A stretch of DNA of 63,861 bases, filler included, from Asterionella formosa (Eukaryota): the NCBI GenBank assembly GCA_002256025.1. It is 17 parts of 17 records of this genome, joined end to end, with 100 filler letters (N's around TTAATTAATTAA, not from the genome) between each part and the next. Parts side by side here need not be neighbours in the genome. Positions count along the whole stretch, not along the records: positions 1 to 21,319 come from NKIB01003047.1; positions 21,420 to 42,700 come from NKIB01003059.1; 15 more parts are not named here. One strand, given 5' to 3'. The notes below the pieces were generated by a model, which made no database searches, was not told the DNA's origin, and saw only the letters and a program-made list of their open reading frames with translations. Of this stretch, positions 12,536 through 24,949 are shown in pieces. Within the stretch, counting starts at the first letter, position 1. Every line of letters begins with the position of its first letter. The translations under genes were made by a program, and so were the position numbers.

Positions 12536-13495
12536 ATGCTACGACGACTCCTCCAATCCTTTCGTCCAAACTCAGCTGACCAGAAGTCGTTGCGAACGCT
12601 TTCTTCTGCGGCGCCAAGCTGTAAGATTGGTTTTGTGGGACTCGGCAACATGGGATTGCCCATGTGTTTGAATCTGTCCGGCAAGGGTCACAGTGTCATG
12701 GCCCTCGATGTGTCGCCCGATGCCGTGGCACTAGCCGAACAAGGTGGCGTTCAAGCGGCCAGGACGCTTCACGACTTGAGTTCTTGTGAAATTGTCTTTA
12801 CCATGCTTCCAGGATGCAATGCGGTGGATCAAGTCGTTCCAGAATTATTAGATTCTCTGCGGAATCAGGCCATCCTTGTAGATTGCTCCACGGTTAGTCC
12901 CACAACAAGTCGACGATGGCATGTTGAAGCCAGCCGCCTTGGACATGCATTTATTGATGCTCCTGTATCGGGAGGTGTTCAAGGTGCGAAGAATGCCACC
13001 CTAACCTTCATGGCGGGAACAACCACAGAAGAAACCCTCGTTAAAGCGGCTATTTACTTGAAAAGTATGGGATCTCGGGTTATTTACTGTGGGGGACCTG
13101 GTACGGGGTCGGCGACTAAGCTATGCAACAATTTAGCTCTAGCGGCTCAAATGATCGGGATTTGCGAAGCCATGAATTTAGGGGAGTCACTGGGGGTCAA
13201 CCCAGCAACCTTGGCTGATGTGATGAATAATAGTACGGCCAAATGCTGGAGCTCAGAAGTGAACAATCCACATCCAGGTGTGGTGGGAGTGGGTCCTGCG
13301 GCTAATGCCTATGATGGGGGATTCGTCACAAACCTGATGCTAAAAGATTTGACACTGGCTGTGTCGTCAGGACAAGATGCAGGAGTATCTCTGCCACTGG
13401 GATCATTGTCGAAAGAGCTGTATCGACTAGCCGCTCTTAGAGGGTGGGGAGACAAAGACTTTGGGTCCATGCTACAGTTCTTGCGAGGGAAGTAG
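12536..13495 (+). CDS. HIBADH: 3-hydroxyisobutyrate dehydrogenase, mitochondrial
   Basis: IGFVGLGNMGLPM Rossmann motif, FIDAPVSGGV, TKLCNN catalytic Lys, CWSSEVNNPHPG, GGF...LMLKDL, KDFGS. Arg/Ser/Leu-rich presequence. Confidence 0.95.
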   Translation: MLRRLLQSFRPNSADQKSLRTLSSAAPSCKIGFVGLGNMGLPMCLNLSGKGHSVMALDVSPDAVALAEQGGVQAARTLHDLSSCEIVFTMLPGCNAVDQVVPELLDSLRNQAILVDCSTVSPTTSRRWHVEASRLGHAFIDAPVSGGVQGAKNATLTFMAGTTTEETLVKAAIYLKSMGSRVIYCGGPGTGSATKLCNNLALAAQMIGICEAMNLGESLGVNPATLADVMNNSTAKCWSSEVNNPHPGVVGVGPAANAYDGGFVTNLMLKDLTLAVSSGQDAGVSLPLGSLSKELYRLAALRGWGDKDFGSMLQFLRGK

Positions 13496-14109
13496 TGGAT
13501 TGGAGTATCAGTTTTTGTTATGGTATAGAAGGCAGGCCTAGCTAAAGGACAAGAATGTGCATCGGTTGTTTATTTAGTACCAGTACTTGGTATACACCAG
13601 TAGTCGCCAAGCATCCAAAAGTTTGACCTTTGGGATATACGGAGCACTGAACACACGGGAAGTTCGTTGTCGAACTGTCTTATACTACCATGCAGTAGTC
13701 AGTGTACAATTTTCATATTTCATCATATACGTTTTGGCACTCCCCCGGCGAATCACGTGGCAAGTTGATCCAATGAGTAACAATTTTGGTCCATACCACA
13801 TCGATGTTCACGTAAGTACCGGTATATATTGATTACCGCAGCATCATGTATTTTTACTCTATATGTATTATTTTAGAACTGCTCACAAAATCATGAAAAT
13901 ACCAGCGCACTACCCCCTCATGATGATGTGGGCATGGGCATACAGCACTTGCACGATTGATGATGACGCCCAATAAGAGTATGGAATGTTTATCATTTAT
14001 GATAATATTTAATATCGAGAAAATCCTCATGCATTAATACACATAAAAAGATACATTATTCAAATTAGAGTTCGGTATTTAAACTGCTACAACCATAGCA
14101 TCGAGCACC

Positions 14110-15779
14110 TTGACGTCCTTGCGCGAGTATACTTCATCTTCCCTTGAGTTTCAAGCAAGCGTCAATGAGAGATCAAAACGTGGACGCATTGAGGTTATCC
14201 CGCTTGATTTCGATGGCCCTGGACTTTTTGGTCGTGACCTAGAAAATGATATTCTCATAAACTCACTGACCCGAGTCAACCAGCCGAAAGGCGCAAGCGA
14301 AGTGATCACTTTTCGAGGGATCTCAGGTACTGGCAAAACAGCACTGGCAATTTCTCAAGGCACAGCAGTGGGGACTTACTGCTGCTTCCACTTTTGACAG
14401 GGGTGGTGGTGTGACTGATCTCTTTGTTGTTGTTACGCTCTTTGAATGAAATATACAGTGAAGTGGCTCTCCTTGATGAAATCAACAATATACGTGACTC
14501 CCTGACAAATGAGATTGGGACTGATGCAGAGCTTCTTTTTGAATATGCGCCTTCACTACGCAAACTACCGCACATCACTCGAGATATCTCAGAAACTGGT
14601 GGGAAAGGAAAGGCGAAGCGAAATCCAAGTACTCCTGATTATTTCCAGCACCTCCTTCAACCCTTTCGAAGGTCACTTAGAAATGTACTTCATCATTCAA
14701 AGAAAATCGCCCTTTTCTTGGAAGATGTGCAAAACGCCAGGAAGAGAGGCTTTGGAGATGAATCCTTATCTTGTCGCAGACCCTGATCTGACGAACTTAC
14801 TATTCATCATAGCTTATCGGGACGATGAAGTAGATAAGGATGAAAACAAAGCCGCTCCTGAAAGGATTTACCGAGACAGACTCACTACAATTCCGACGAT
14901 GAACAACCCAGAAATAGGAAACGTGAATAAAATGATGGCGCAGATGACTACAGCATGTTGGTTCCACGACAAGAAACTATATCTTCCTCTACTTTATACT
15001 CGTTTCATGCCGATTACATTGCCACATGGAATGAGTGAGTATACATCGTTCGCATACTCAAACTTTGCCATAGTTCTCAATATTACAGGAAATATCAAGG
15101 CGGGATATCAATTCGCCCAAGTTGCCTTGACATTATTAGACAAATGCAGCCCAAAGCTCCAAGCTAACGAGATTATGTTGGTGCATGAGTATATTTCTCA
15201 CTAATTGAATCCGCTTCGCTCCAGTTTGGAACCATGAATTAACGGACATGATATTGGTATGCCAACGCTTACTATTGGTATTGCGTTTATGTGCTCATAT
15301 GGGTATTGTGAGTGCACCATCATAGTGTGTCTTTTGAGTCTGATACTTTGTGTCTAACGTTGTTTCCTCTCACAGTAGCCTCAATATTTGTTCAATGCGG
15401 ACTCCCACTCCGGCCTCTTGAGGTGGACATGGCTCGGTATATTAGAGCTGTCAGTGATTACGGTCAAACTGTACCATACTGCATCTTTCTAGGCCTGTAT
15501 CAATACGTTCTTACTTCAATTGGCCAAGTCAGAAAAATAATCGCCAACAGTGTTGTCAAGTCGTGCGGCCATGAATCACGACATTTTCTCGGCAGAAGTG
15601 AAGAAAAAGACGCTGCTAACTGCAATCTGGTTCATCTTCTATTACAAGTTTGGGCTGGCCTTTCTTTTTGGAGACTTGGATAAAGCCGAAGGGAGGTACG
15701 AGCAGATTGTGATTTGGGAGAAGGGGATATCAACGCTTATTTTTGACTTTGTCTGTCTAAGAAACGAAATCTCATATTT

Positions 15780-15813
<34 letters not shown>

Positions 15814-16315
15814 GTTGGATCGGAATGAGACCCAGAAAAGTTACATCAAAATGGCGAAGAAGGAAATCTCTTTCATTGAATCTCATCTGAAGGAAGGCAA
15901 CGTAAACTGCTACAACATGTTTCTTCTCATGAAAGCAAGAACTGTTGTCTGTAACAGGCACAACAAGTCCCAACGAAGTTCGAAAAGCATATGTTAATAC
16001 TGCGTCTGCTTCTTCCCGATTTAGTTTCATCCACAACGCAGCACTCGCAAAAGAATTGGCGGCTGCTTTTTTCAATAGACGAGGAGACAAGACTTGGAGT
16101 ATATCATGTCTTTGTGATGCGCATGGTCTGTGGGGTCGGTATGGTGCGTTTTTGCCAAGGTTCAGCGCGGATCTGTAGTCACAACAATGGAGCAACCAAC
16201 TGGCAACTTTGCAGGTCGTACTCGGTTCAATCAGAATGCGACGGATCAACATAGGCGTCTTTCGTTTTCCGCTGAGGAGCAATCGGCAGAATCGTCAAAT
16301 ACGTCGTTTGAGTGA
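14110..16315 (+). pseudogene. Disrupted AAA-ATPase (STAND-like)/helical-repeat gene of the type found in multi-sensor kinases
   Basis: LFGRDLE, Walker A GISGTGKTALA, Walker B-like ALFLEDVQ, LLFIIAYRDDEV and HNAALAKELAA...WGRYGA are spread over several frames with stops. One intact-looking intron at 15308-15375. Confidence 0.75.
15783..15810. repeat. (AT)14 microsatellite inside the pseudogene
   Basis: Direct reading. Confidence 0.95.
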
Positions 16316-16533
16316 CAATCACCGACATCATGCTTGATAGTGCGTGCGTACTATAATTTCAATTGAATTCTACCTGTTTTGTCAGAGGTGATATTCAATT
16401 CAAAGGTTAAAATGTGTTCGCACTCGCTATTGTACATCACGCCGATATCCCTGCAGCCTTGAAGCTTCCGACATCATTTACAATTACTTTTTGCCAACTG
16501 GTAGTAGATAAACAAAATGACAATGACATGGAA

Positions 16534-17217
16534 TTATGATGTAATCAGTGCTCCCACTTCATTAGTAATGGTTTCATTTCGTTCCGTCCCTTCAATTCCA
16601 GGGGGGGATTTCAGTTTATCAGGCATGGTCTCTGCAGGTTCCTTGAATGTTGTTATTCGTAGCTTTTTAAAGTCGCGTTCCTTTATATTAGTATTAATCT
16701 CGAGCGGTGCTTCCAGGCCTCCCGTAACCACAATGAACCTCTTTCCTGGTAACAATAGATTTGTTTTACACATGAATTTTTCTGGATACTTCTTGACGAG
16801 CATTTCACTCACTACTAGAGCGCGAGCTGCCACCACACTTCCAGCAGCAATGGCAGCTGCATCAATAACGACTCCCTGCACTACCATCCCGGACACCAAC
16901 GGCGCCAGTGCCACAGATGGACCTGTGAGTACTCCGGCGCTCATTGCAGCTGCTAGGGCACCTACGGCAAATGCGGTTGGCATTATCGCAGCAGCAGCTA
17001 GATTTTTCATCGATTGTTTGCGATTCGGAAGATTTCGTTCGTCGCCAATCACAGCATGTACTTTATAGGGTAACAGTAAACTCCCAGCTTGGAATCTCGA
17101 TATGGTGAGTGCTTCTCGAGGTTTTAGGATTTGCGTGTTGAAGAAAACTCCCCTTTCTTGAAAGACAACAATGGTGTACTCGGTGAGATTGACGATTGTG
17201 GGACCGCCGTGCGTCAT
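16534..17217 (-). CDS. Hypothetical protein with long Ala/Gly/Val-rich hydrophobic segment
   Basis: Open 227-codon frame from the ATG at 17217 with coding-like composition. Central AAAAIMPTAFAVGALAAAMSAGVLTGPSVALAPLVSGMVV segment. Confidence 0.7.
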   Translation of the reverse strand: MTHGGPTIVNLTEYTIVVFQERGVFFNTQILKPREALTISRFQAGSLLLPYKVHAVIGDERNLPNRKQSMKNLAAAAIMPTAFAVGALAAAMSAGVLTGPSVALAPLVSGMVVQGVVIDAAAIAAGSVVAARALVVSEMLVKKYPEKFMCKTNLLLPGKRFIVVTGGLEAPLEINTNIKERDFKKLRITTFKEPAETMPDKLKSPPGIEGTERNETITNEVGALITS

Positions 17218-18081
17218 TCTGGTTATCAAGCCGAACGTTCGTTCGACGGGGCGCTGAATTGAATTGATTGCTGTTTGTATTTATGGTACTTGCAACGACG
17301 TTCGTAACGAGGGACCGGAGAGTGAGAACCCAACAAGGGCGAAGGAGGGTCTTATGCTTTATCGTTTGCTCACTAACTGTCCTTTGGAGCCTTCAAATTT
17401 TTTTGTTCGTTCACACTTGTTACAAAAACAGAAAAATTGAATTGTATGAATATATACCGGCACAAACATAGCTAATAATTGTGTGCGATTCATCCAGCAT
17501 GATATATTTTAATAGATGATATGCACATAAATCATATTTTATAATAGTTACATAGGAGACTGGCATTACTGGAGTGCAGTACACATAATACATATAAAAA
17601 ATGTAAATGTTGTGTGCATACCGGTATATCAAGTAACGCATTTTCGATCAACAACTACAAAGGAAAATTCTGCTGCAGACATTTCTAGGAATGCAACTAC
17701 TGGTACCATCAGGTGCCGTAAAACCTGGTATCATACCCCTCAATGAACACAGCCGAGATTGATTTTACTTAGAGGGGAGTACAAGACATTGGCCTTTTTT
17801 TGATCGCCAAACATGATGAAAAAGCCAACTTCACCAACGTCTTCTCCATAGTCTAAAACGCAAATGGCAACATCAAAAGATTTTTTGTTGTATGTACAGG
17901 TTCAAAGGGTTTCTATGATCCATTTATAGAATTTCTATTTTTGTTGCACTGGAGTGCCCATGTTTCGTGATGGCATCAAAAGTAATTCCTAGACTGTGTG
18001 CACGTTTGTAACTCATCCTTCAACGATGACATATGTATTAATTTGTGTAGTTTCTACGACTTGGATCGTGATGTATAGTAA

Positions 18082-19657
18082 TGTTGCGGCCCCGTCTTAA
18101 CCCTAGTTTGGAGACTTAACCCTAGTTTGGAGAAAATATCGGTAGGGTTGTAAAAACTGCGTGGAACAGGGAGTTTCCTACTATGAACTCCCATGATTCG
18201 AGTGTCCATTTGAATATTTGAATTAAATAGGAATCGGCACCAGATTGATAGAGTTCCATTTGAAAGAAACAAAAATGACATTTAAACGTTAATACTATAT
18301 CAACATTGCTGGATGTAGACATGATTTTGCTCAACACCAAAAAACATATATAAATCAGGAGTATGCCAACATGTATGTTCATGTTTGATATTTATACGTT
18401 TTATTGAATCTACGCTGCTGAATATTGGTTTAATAAAGATCAGCACGGTACCAGGTACCGAAGTACCAGAGTACTGGTGTACTGGTAGTACATATTCTCG
18501 GTTCATTATGATGGAAGACAGGATGAAACTAGTACCGGTGTAATGGTACCAGGTACTGATTTTACCTCCTGGTACGATACATCTAATATGTGTGGTTCAA
18601 GTGTGGCTGGCGTGATTTTACAAGACCGGAATACTTCAGGTAAGTAAATTCAATTCAACCAATCAGAATATGTGTAGTGACGCGGCAACATACCATGGAG
18701 TCTTTTCGGACTGAGAGTTAAGCAGCAAAACATACCTACGCAAGACTCTAAGTCTACAAGAACGTTTTTGCACGTATAAATTCTGATTCCAATATTTTGG
18801 CGACTGTTGAAAAAGCCGATCGGGTCGACTTTTTGGAGGAGTATTGCTCTACATCTGCGGGGTTTCATCAAGATTAAAGTAGAAAGCCGTGTACCCTAGC
18901 TATAACGTCAGGAGTTAACTTCTGGAGAGAAACTGCATTTATGTATTGTAGATTTTTAGAAAAGCTTCGTAGCCCGCCCCTTTTTTGACTTTTTTTGCAA
19001 TAGTTACGATTCTACGATACATAACTGCAGTGTCTTTCCAGAAATGAGGTCCTTACCATATCCGAAGATAGAACATACCCTTAAGTCTGTCAAGAATATT
19101 AGCCCGAGTCACAAGGATTGTGGATTCGATTGTGATCGAACGAGTCGAATATTGCATTGCCACGTCAATCAGCTGTCTAACAAGATCAAAGATTGAAGAT
19201 TTCTATGGAAATGTTAAGTGGAAACTCGAAGAGAGCCTTAGAACGGCTTTGCAGGAAGCAAAGATGCATGGAAAGGAAACATTTAGTTTAGCTTATAATT
19301 TAATTTGAGTTTTAGATTGTCAACCAAGGAAACAGTGTCAGGAAGGTCAATTATTCTATCTAGCAGGGAGGCTGGTGGAAGCAGAGACAAGAGAGAAAGT
19401 AAGAGGTACTAGGTAGTACTACGATCACGTAAGAGTCTACGTGAAGAGAGACCCAGCCCGCGGGAAGGAGTACGGACCATTTCAACATAAGTCAACCCAT
19501 GACTGCACCTAAGCATGTGCAAAGTGGTCGTATTGGTGAAAGCTAATATTACCTTTAACTATTTTATCTACTTGTACGTAATGTGTGGATAGAGGTACAT
19601 CATATAATTATTTTGGGAAAAACGGACCACGCATTATGTAACGGTGGGGCCGCAACC
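18082..19657. mobile_element. Probable older non-autonomous TIR element related to the adjacent Kolobok-like element
   Basis: Left GTAA|TGTTGCGGCCCC versus right GGGGCCGCAACC|TTAA (11-bp inverted match, left end degenerate). Internal blocks ~18780-18840 and ~18900-18937 resemble 19850-19970 of the neighbour. Confidence 0.5.
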
Positions 19658-19661
19658 TTAA

Positions 19662-20684
19662 GGTTCCTGCATTTGAACCCCTAGCTCGAGGAAGGTTTTA
19701 AAAAATAATATTAAGTCAGAGTGGTCAAAATCACACTTCTTATGCCAAAAACGTAAATGTATATCGCTAAACGGAGCTTTCAACAATATACATCCTTTCC
19801 ATATGCTTAGATACAGTCTTCTGACAAATTAGGGGTATAGGTCAACGCTGTATATCGTCAGGATATAGGAACTGGCGAGAAACTGCAGAAAGGAACTTCG
19901 GCTATCGTCGTCCAAAAATTCGACAATATCGGCCTTTTCAACGGTCACCAAAATGTCGGAATCAGAATCACTCTTCGCCGAAACGTCATCATCGGAATGG
20001 TAGTCCGGTGCTAAAATTTTTAGTGGTAAATCTCGTGTACAAAAAGTTCCATTGTAATTGCCCGTTGTACTATCCATATTCTGATTGGTTATCCTTATAT
20101 CCGTTCGATTGGCATGATTTTCGAGGTCTTGCAATCCCACGCCGGCCACACTGGATGCACATGAAGCATTTTCTTGGGTTTTGGCCGATCCTACCCGTAT
20201 ACCAGTATCCGTACGGAGTAGGAACACCGAGTACTGGTTAGACCAACCCGTATACCAGTATCCGTGTAGAGTACTAGGAGTACCGAGTACGTGCCGGGTA
20301 GACCTACCAGTACCAGGTTGCTGATCATCATTGGTCATAGTACGAGGTAGTGCACGCTTACCACTACGTCACTACCGTTAGTATGCATATTCAAATATTT
20401 TTCGGAGCGCCGGGTCGTGCATGTGATACGTATTTGTTGATACGAGTAGGTATACTATCGGTATAGTAGCAATGTAAAACATTCAGCGATGTAAAATCTA
20501 TCAATACATATTTTATGCATTTGAAATGGAATCTATATACATACACGCAAATTTCCACTCATTTGAATATTTCAAACAGAATCATTGATATTCAAATTAG
20601 CACATAAAAGTTCTTAGTTCCAGGGAATTTTGGCAACTCTAAGCAATATTTTATTTTTTGCCTAGGGGTTCAAATGCAGGAACC
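19662..20684. mobile_element. Non-autonomous DNA transposon with 23-bp perfect TIRs and TTAA target duplication (Kolobok-like)
   Basis: GGTTCCTGCATTTGAACCCCTAG (19662-19684) and its exact reverse complement (20662-20684). TTAA on both sides (19658-19661, 20685-20688). No transposase ORF. Confidence 0.88.
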
Positions 20685-21234
20685 TTAATATAAGCCAACC
20701 ATGTCACTCATACGATTATTGGACCAGAATTATGACATGCATGAAATATTTCTGCATTATGAGGCAGCAGACAAAATGATTTTATGAATGCTTCCGGCAA
20801 GCCGAAAACATCAAGGCCAGCACTGTCTAAGCCTGTAGCATTCAGCTAGACAATTGCACCACGACAAGCTTGCAAATTGCAGCTTTGACTGTTGAAATAG
20901 ATCGCTCAGGCCAAGGATATCGTCATTGGCATCACCATTGCAAATGTCATTGGCATTGCTCATAATGATCTTAATGACAATGATGTACCCCAAGTATTTT
21001 AGAATATCAATGGGATACCTACCTTTGCGGCTGTACATCATCTAAGCCGCGTATTACGTGAAGTGACCATCACATAAATAAGCCTAGTTGATTTTGAATG
21101 CATCACATGAATTAGTTGAATACATCAAAATACGTAGTTGAATATATCTATATATTATCTGAATACATCACGTTAAATATTTGATCAAAGTATCATGCAT
21201 GCATTCCTGATCATCACTATATTATGTGATCACG

Positions 21235-21319
21235 TTCACATAATTATTTGAAATACTTCACATAATTATTTGAAATACTTCACATAATTATTTGAAATAC
21301 TTCACATAATTATTTGAAA
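21235..21319. repeat. 22-bp tandem minisatellite (TTCACATAATTATTTGAAATAC) x3.9 running into the contig end
   Basis: Copies start at 21235, 21257, 21279 and 21301. Confidence 0.95.
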
Positions 21320-21419
21320 NNNNNNNNNNNNNNNNNNNNNNNNNNNNNNNNNNNNNNNNNNNNTTAATTAATTAANNNNNNNNNNNNNNNNNNNNNNNNN
21401 NNNNNNNNNNNNNNNNNNN
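21320..21419. other. Artificial 100-bp contig spacer (N-TTAATTAATTAA-N); repeated 15 more times from 42701 onward
   Basis: Identical six-frame-stop 12-mer embedded in Ns, recurring every ~1.41 kb after 42701. Confidence 0.97.
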
Positions 21420-24297
21420 TACCGATGCAGAGAAAATTTTTGGACCTGACATCGGAACACTGAAAGACAAGACAACTCGGCGCAAGCCACTGCCAGTCGT
21501 GAACGACTACATCGAGATTCCTAAGGAGCTTATCCAAACTCAACGCAAAGTGACTCTTTGCATGGATGGAATGAAAGTCAATGGACAATCATTTCTCACA
21601 ACAATTTCTCGAAACATTATGTATAGGACAGCGCAATGGGTCAAGAATCAGACAGCTGAAGTCTATCGAGATGCTTTGATTCAAGTATTCCGTGTTTATA
21701 ATACCGGAGGATTTAAAATTACAACAATCCACTGTGACAACGAGTTTCGACCTTTGATGGAACAAATTTCCAATGAATTTCAAGTCACTATGAACTACGC
21801 AAACCCACAAGAACATGTTCCCGAAGCGGAGCGAAATAATCGAGTGATTAAAGAACGCGTGCGCGCAGCTTATCATCGATTACCTTTCAAACATTTGCCG
21901 CGACTGATGATTAAGATTCTAGTGACAGAATCTGCAAGGAAACTGAATTTCTTTCCGGCAAAGAACGGGATATCCCCGTATTACAGTCCTCGTATGATTT
22001 TACATCAACGAAACCTGGACTATGCTCGACATTGCCAGTATACATTTGGCACTTATGTCCAAGGACATGAAGAACCTGTGTTTTCAAACACAAATGCACC
22101 TCGCAGCCTAGATTGCATTTTTTTACGCTACAATGACAATGTGCAAGGAGGTCATGAATTGTTACACCTACCTACAAATTCATTGATCACTAGACGAACA
22201 ATTACTCCTCTACCACTTACCCCAGCAGTCATGAATCAAGTACAAACCCTTGCTGTGCAGGAAAATATGCCAGATGGTCTCAAGATATCAAATCGAACGG
22301 GACAACTTTTTCATGATAATGCTTGGATTGCAGGAGTGGATATTGTAATAAATCATTTGAAGATGCACAAGATGAAGATTATGAAGATCAAGATGCTAGT
22401 GACGACGATAGCAAAGATGAAATTCTCGGAGAAGAAGACTATGATGAAATGACTCCAGATGAAATATATGAAGCAGAACAGCTCGAATTAAACGACAATA
22501 CTCAAGAGGATGACCCTGAACCTGACGAGGGCAACAATGAGAATAATATCGAAATGAATGCAGATGATATCCAAGATGAGGATTAGGAGCCAGCAAATGA
22601 AACTGAAAATGAAGAGGCAATATTAGAAGTCAATCCAAGCACTCAGGATGACTCAGACCCAAATGTTAGAACTACAAGGTCTGGAAGAGTCTCAAGACCA
22701 CCATCAAAACTAACTATGGTCCAAAATCATTTGCATACCCAAGCACACTGTCGAGAAGAATACACGACTTATAATGCGAAAGTGATTGCAAAGACAATGT
22801 GTTATATGAATGAGATGTGTATAGATAAAGAAGCATTTCACTTTGTTCAGTCATACAGCTTAAGGAAAGGCCTCAAGAAATTTGGCCAGAAAGAAAGAGA
22901 CGCTGCGTATAAAGAGATGAAACAACTACATGATAGAGGTTTATTTGAACCGATTATGATTGAATACCTAACCGAAATCGAAAAGCGACGTGCAATGGAA
23001 AGTCTGATTGTTTTGGTTGAAAAGAGAGACAAGAGTATTAAAGGCAGAGCATGTGCCAACGGCAGTTCGCAACGTAAATACATGGAAAGAGATGAAGCAG
23101 CTAGTCCAACTACCATGACGGAATCTTTTATGATAACAGAAACAATTGATGCGAAGCAAAATCGCGATGTTATGACTGCAGACATACCCAATGCATTTGT
23201 GCAAGTGGATGAAGATGAGAAAGAAAAAGGGGAACGAATCATTACTATGAAGATTAGATTTTTACTTGTCAATATGTTGACAGAACTCAGCCCCGAGACT
23301 TATGAAAAATATGTTGTGTATGAAGGGAACAACAAGGTCCTATATGTTAGGATGATCAAGGCATTATATGGCATGTTACAGTCATCATTATTATATTACA
23401 AGGTTCGGAAGGATATTGAGTCAATTGGATTCAAGGTCAACCCATATGATCCATGTGTTGCAAATCGCATTGTTAATGGCAAACAGCACACAGTTACTTG
23501 GCACGTAGACGATTTGAAATCAAGTCACGTGGACAGCAAAGTGAACGATAAATTTTTGGAATGGCTCAAAAAGAAATACGCTTCTGACGAAATTGGTGAA
23601 GTCAAGGTCATGCGTGGAAAGAAGCATGATTATTTGGCGATGACATTAGATTACTCTCTTCCAGGAGTGTTGAGGGTGGACATGACCAAATATGTGAAAT
23701 CAATGATTGATGATTTTCCAGACAAACTTGAAGGAGTAGGAAAATTCTCATGGACAGATAAATTGTCCACAGTTGATACAAAATCAAAGAAGCTTGAATA
23801 TAAAAAAGCAAAAATATTTCATACTTTTGTTATGAAAGGAATGTTCCTATGTAAGCGAGGAAGACAGGACATTCAACCAGGAATTGCATTTCTGGCAACC
23901 AGTACTGTCCAACGGATGCAATGTTAGCAGACTACATGACAAAACCACTGGTTGGAACGAAATTTATTTATTTTCGTCAGCAAATTATGAATTCAAAGTG
24001 AGCATCCGTGTCCAGCAGGAGTGTGTTGGAGAAATTATTTTAGGAAAGAAAATCCCGGTATAAATTACCTACTACATATTGAATCGAATGAATCAAAAAG
24101 AATATGGTACCAGAGAAAACTCAGAATTCGAAAACAATCTACATCAACTGTAAAACCCATAATTCTACTAAAACTCTTAGGAACGATTACAATCAATTAC
24201 TGCAACATCGTTGTTCATATCTACAGCCTATTTGGTCCCTGACGTGTCCTTACAGGATACAAGAAAGCATAGAGTGCTTTGGGACGCAATTTCAACA
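21420..24297 (+). mobile_element. Ty1/copia LTR retrotransposon (diatom CoDi type), 5'-truncated by the contig edge and degenerate
   Basis: Integrase (LCMDGMKVNG, IHCDNEF, EHVPEAERNNRVIKER), acidic linker with frameshift/stop, RT (KGRACANG, TADIPNAFVQ, KALYGMLQS, NPYDPCV, WHVDDLK) and RNase H tail ADYMTKPL. PPT-like CAGGAGTG precedes the LTR. Confidence 0.95.
24024..24297 (+). repeat. Putative 3' LTR (TGTTG...CAACA, 274 bp)
   Basis: TGTTG directly follows CAGCAGGAGTG ~20 nt after the pol stop, and the inverted CAACA ends at 24297. The 5' LTR is absent, so the boundary is unconfirmed. Confidence 0.7.
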
Positions 24298-24949
24298 AAA
24301 GGTAATACAAGAGTGACTGCACTTTCTATGTCTTTTGATAGCTAGTTGGGATGCTTTTTTAGCCATGAATAGACTGACTAATTATGCCATTATTTGTATA
24401 CATATAAATGCGTACATGGTACCAGGGAATACAGTACCAGATACTGGATGTCTAGGATATTGATGTACCGTTACCTGGTACCTGGTACCGTATATGTACT
24501 ACAGACCGTCTAACAGCTACGTACTTTGTAAATGGATGTCATGTGATAGACCACACCAGTATACTGTACCGGTCGCAATTTATCTGCATATACCAGTACG
24601 CCATGCACTACTACTACATAGTAGCAATTCTGCATGAAAACAAAAAAGGCACAAGCAAAAATAGGATGCACACGAATCGATTCGATTGAGGTACATGGAA
24701 CCTGGTACCTGGTACCTGGTAATTCAGGCATAATACCGGTATGTACACATGAGACCGGTACCTGGCATTATTTAATTATTTCAATATGTGTGTGCACAGA
24801 GTTGCTACCGGTAGACTATCGGTAGGTACATACCGAGATATGTGTGCTGTTAAAGATGTACACATCTCTTGTGTCTAGAAGAGGCAACGTAGATCATCAT
24901 TTTCTTCATTTGTCATGCTCACACAATGATATAGGAAAGCAGCTCGCAA

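Noticed and set aside
18097..18133. TTAACCCTAG as telomeric repeat
   Set aside because: Only a 19-bp unit duplicated once; not a (TTAGGG)n tract.
19829..20338. 169-aa ORF as transposase of the TIR element
   Set aside because: No DDE motifs. Its similarity to ~18780 is at DNA-motif level and occurs in both orientations.
21364..21375. Regularly recurring TTAATTAATTAA as a biological repeat or CRISPR-like array
   Set aside because: Always centred in N-runs, in exact 100-bp blocks between similar-sized contigs: an artificial six-frame-stop linker.
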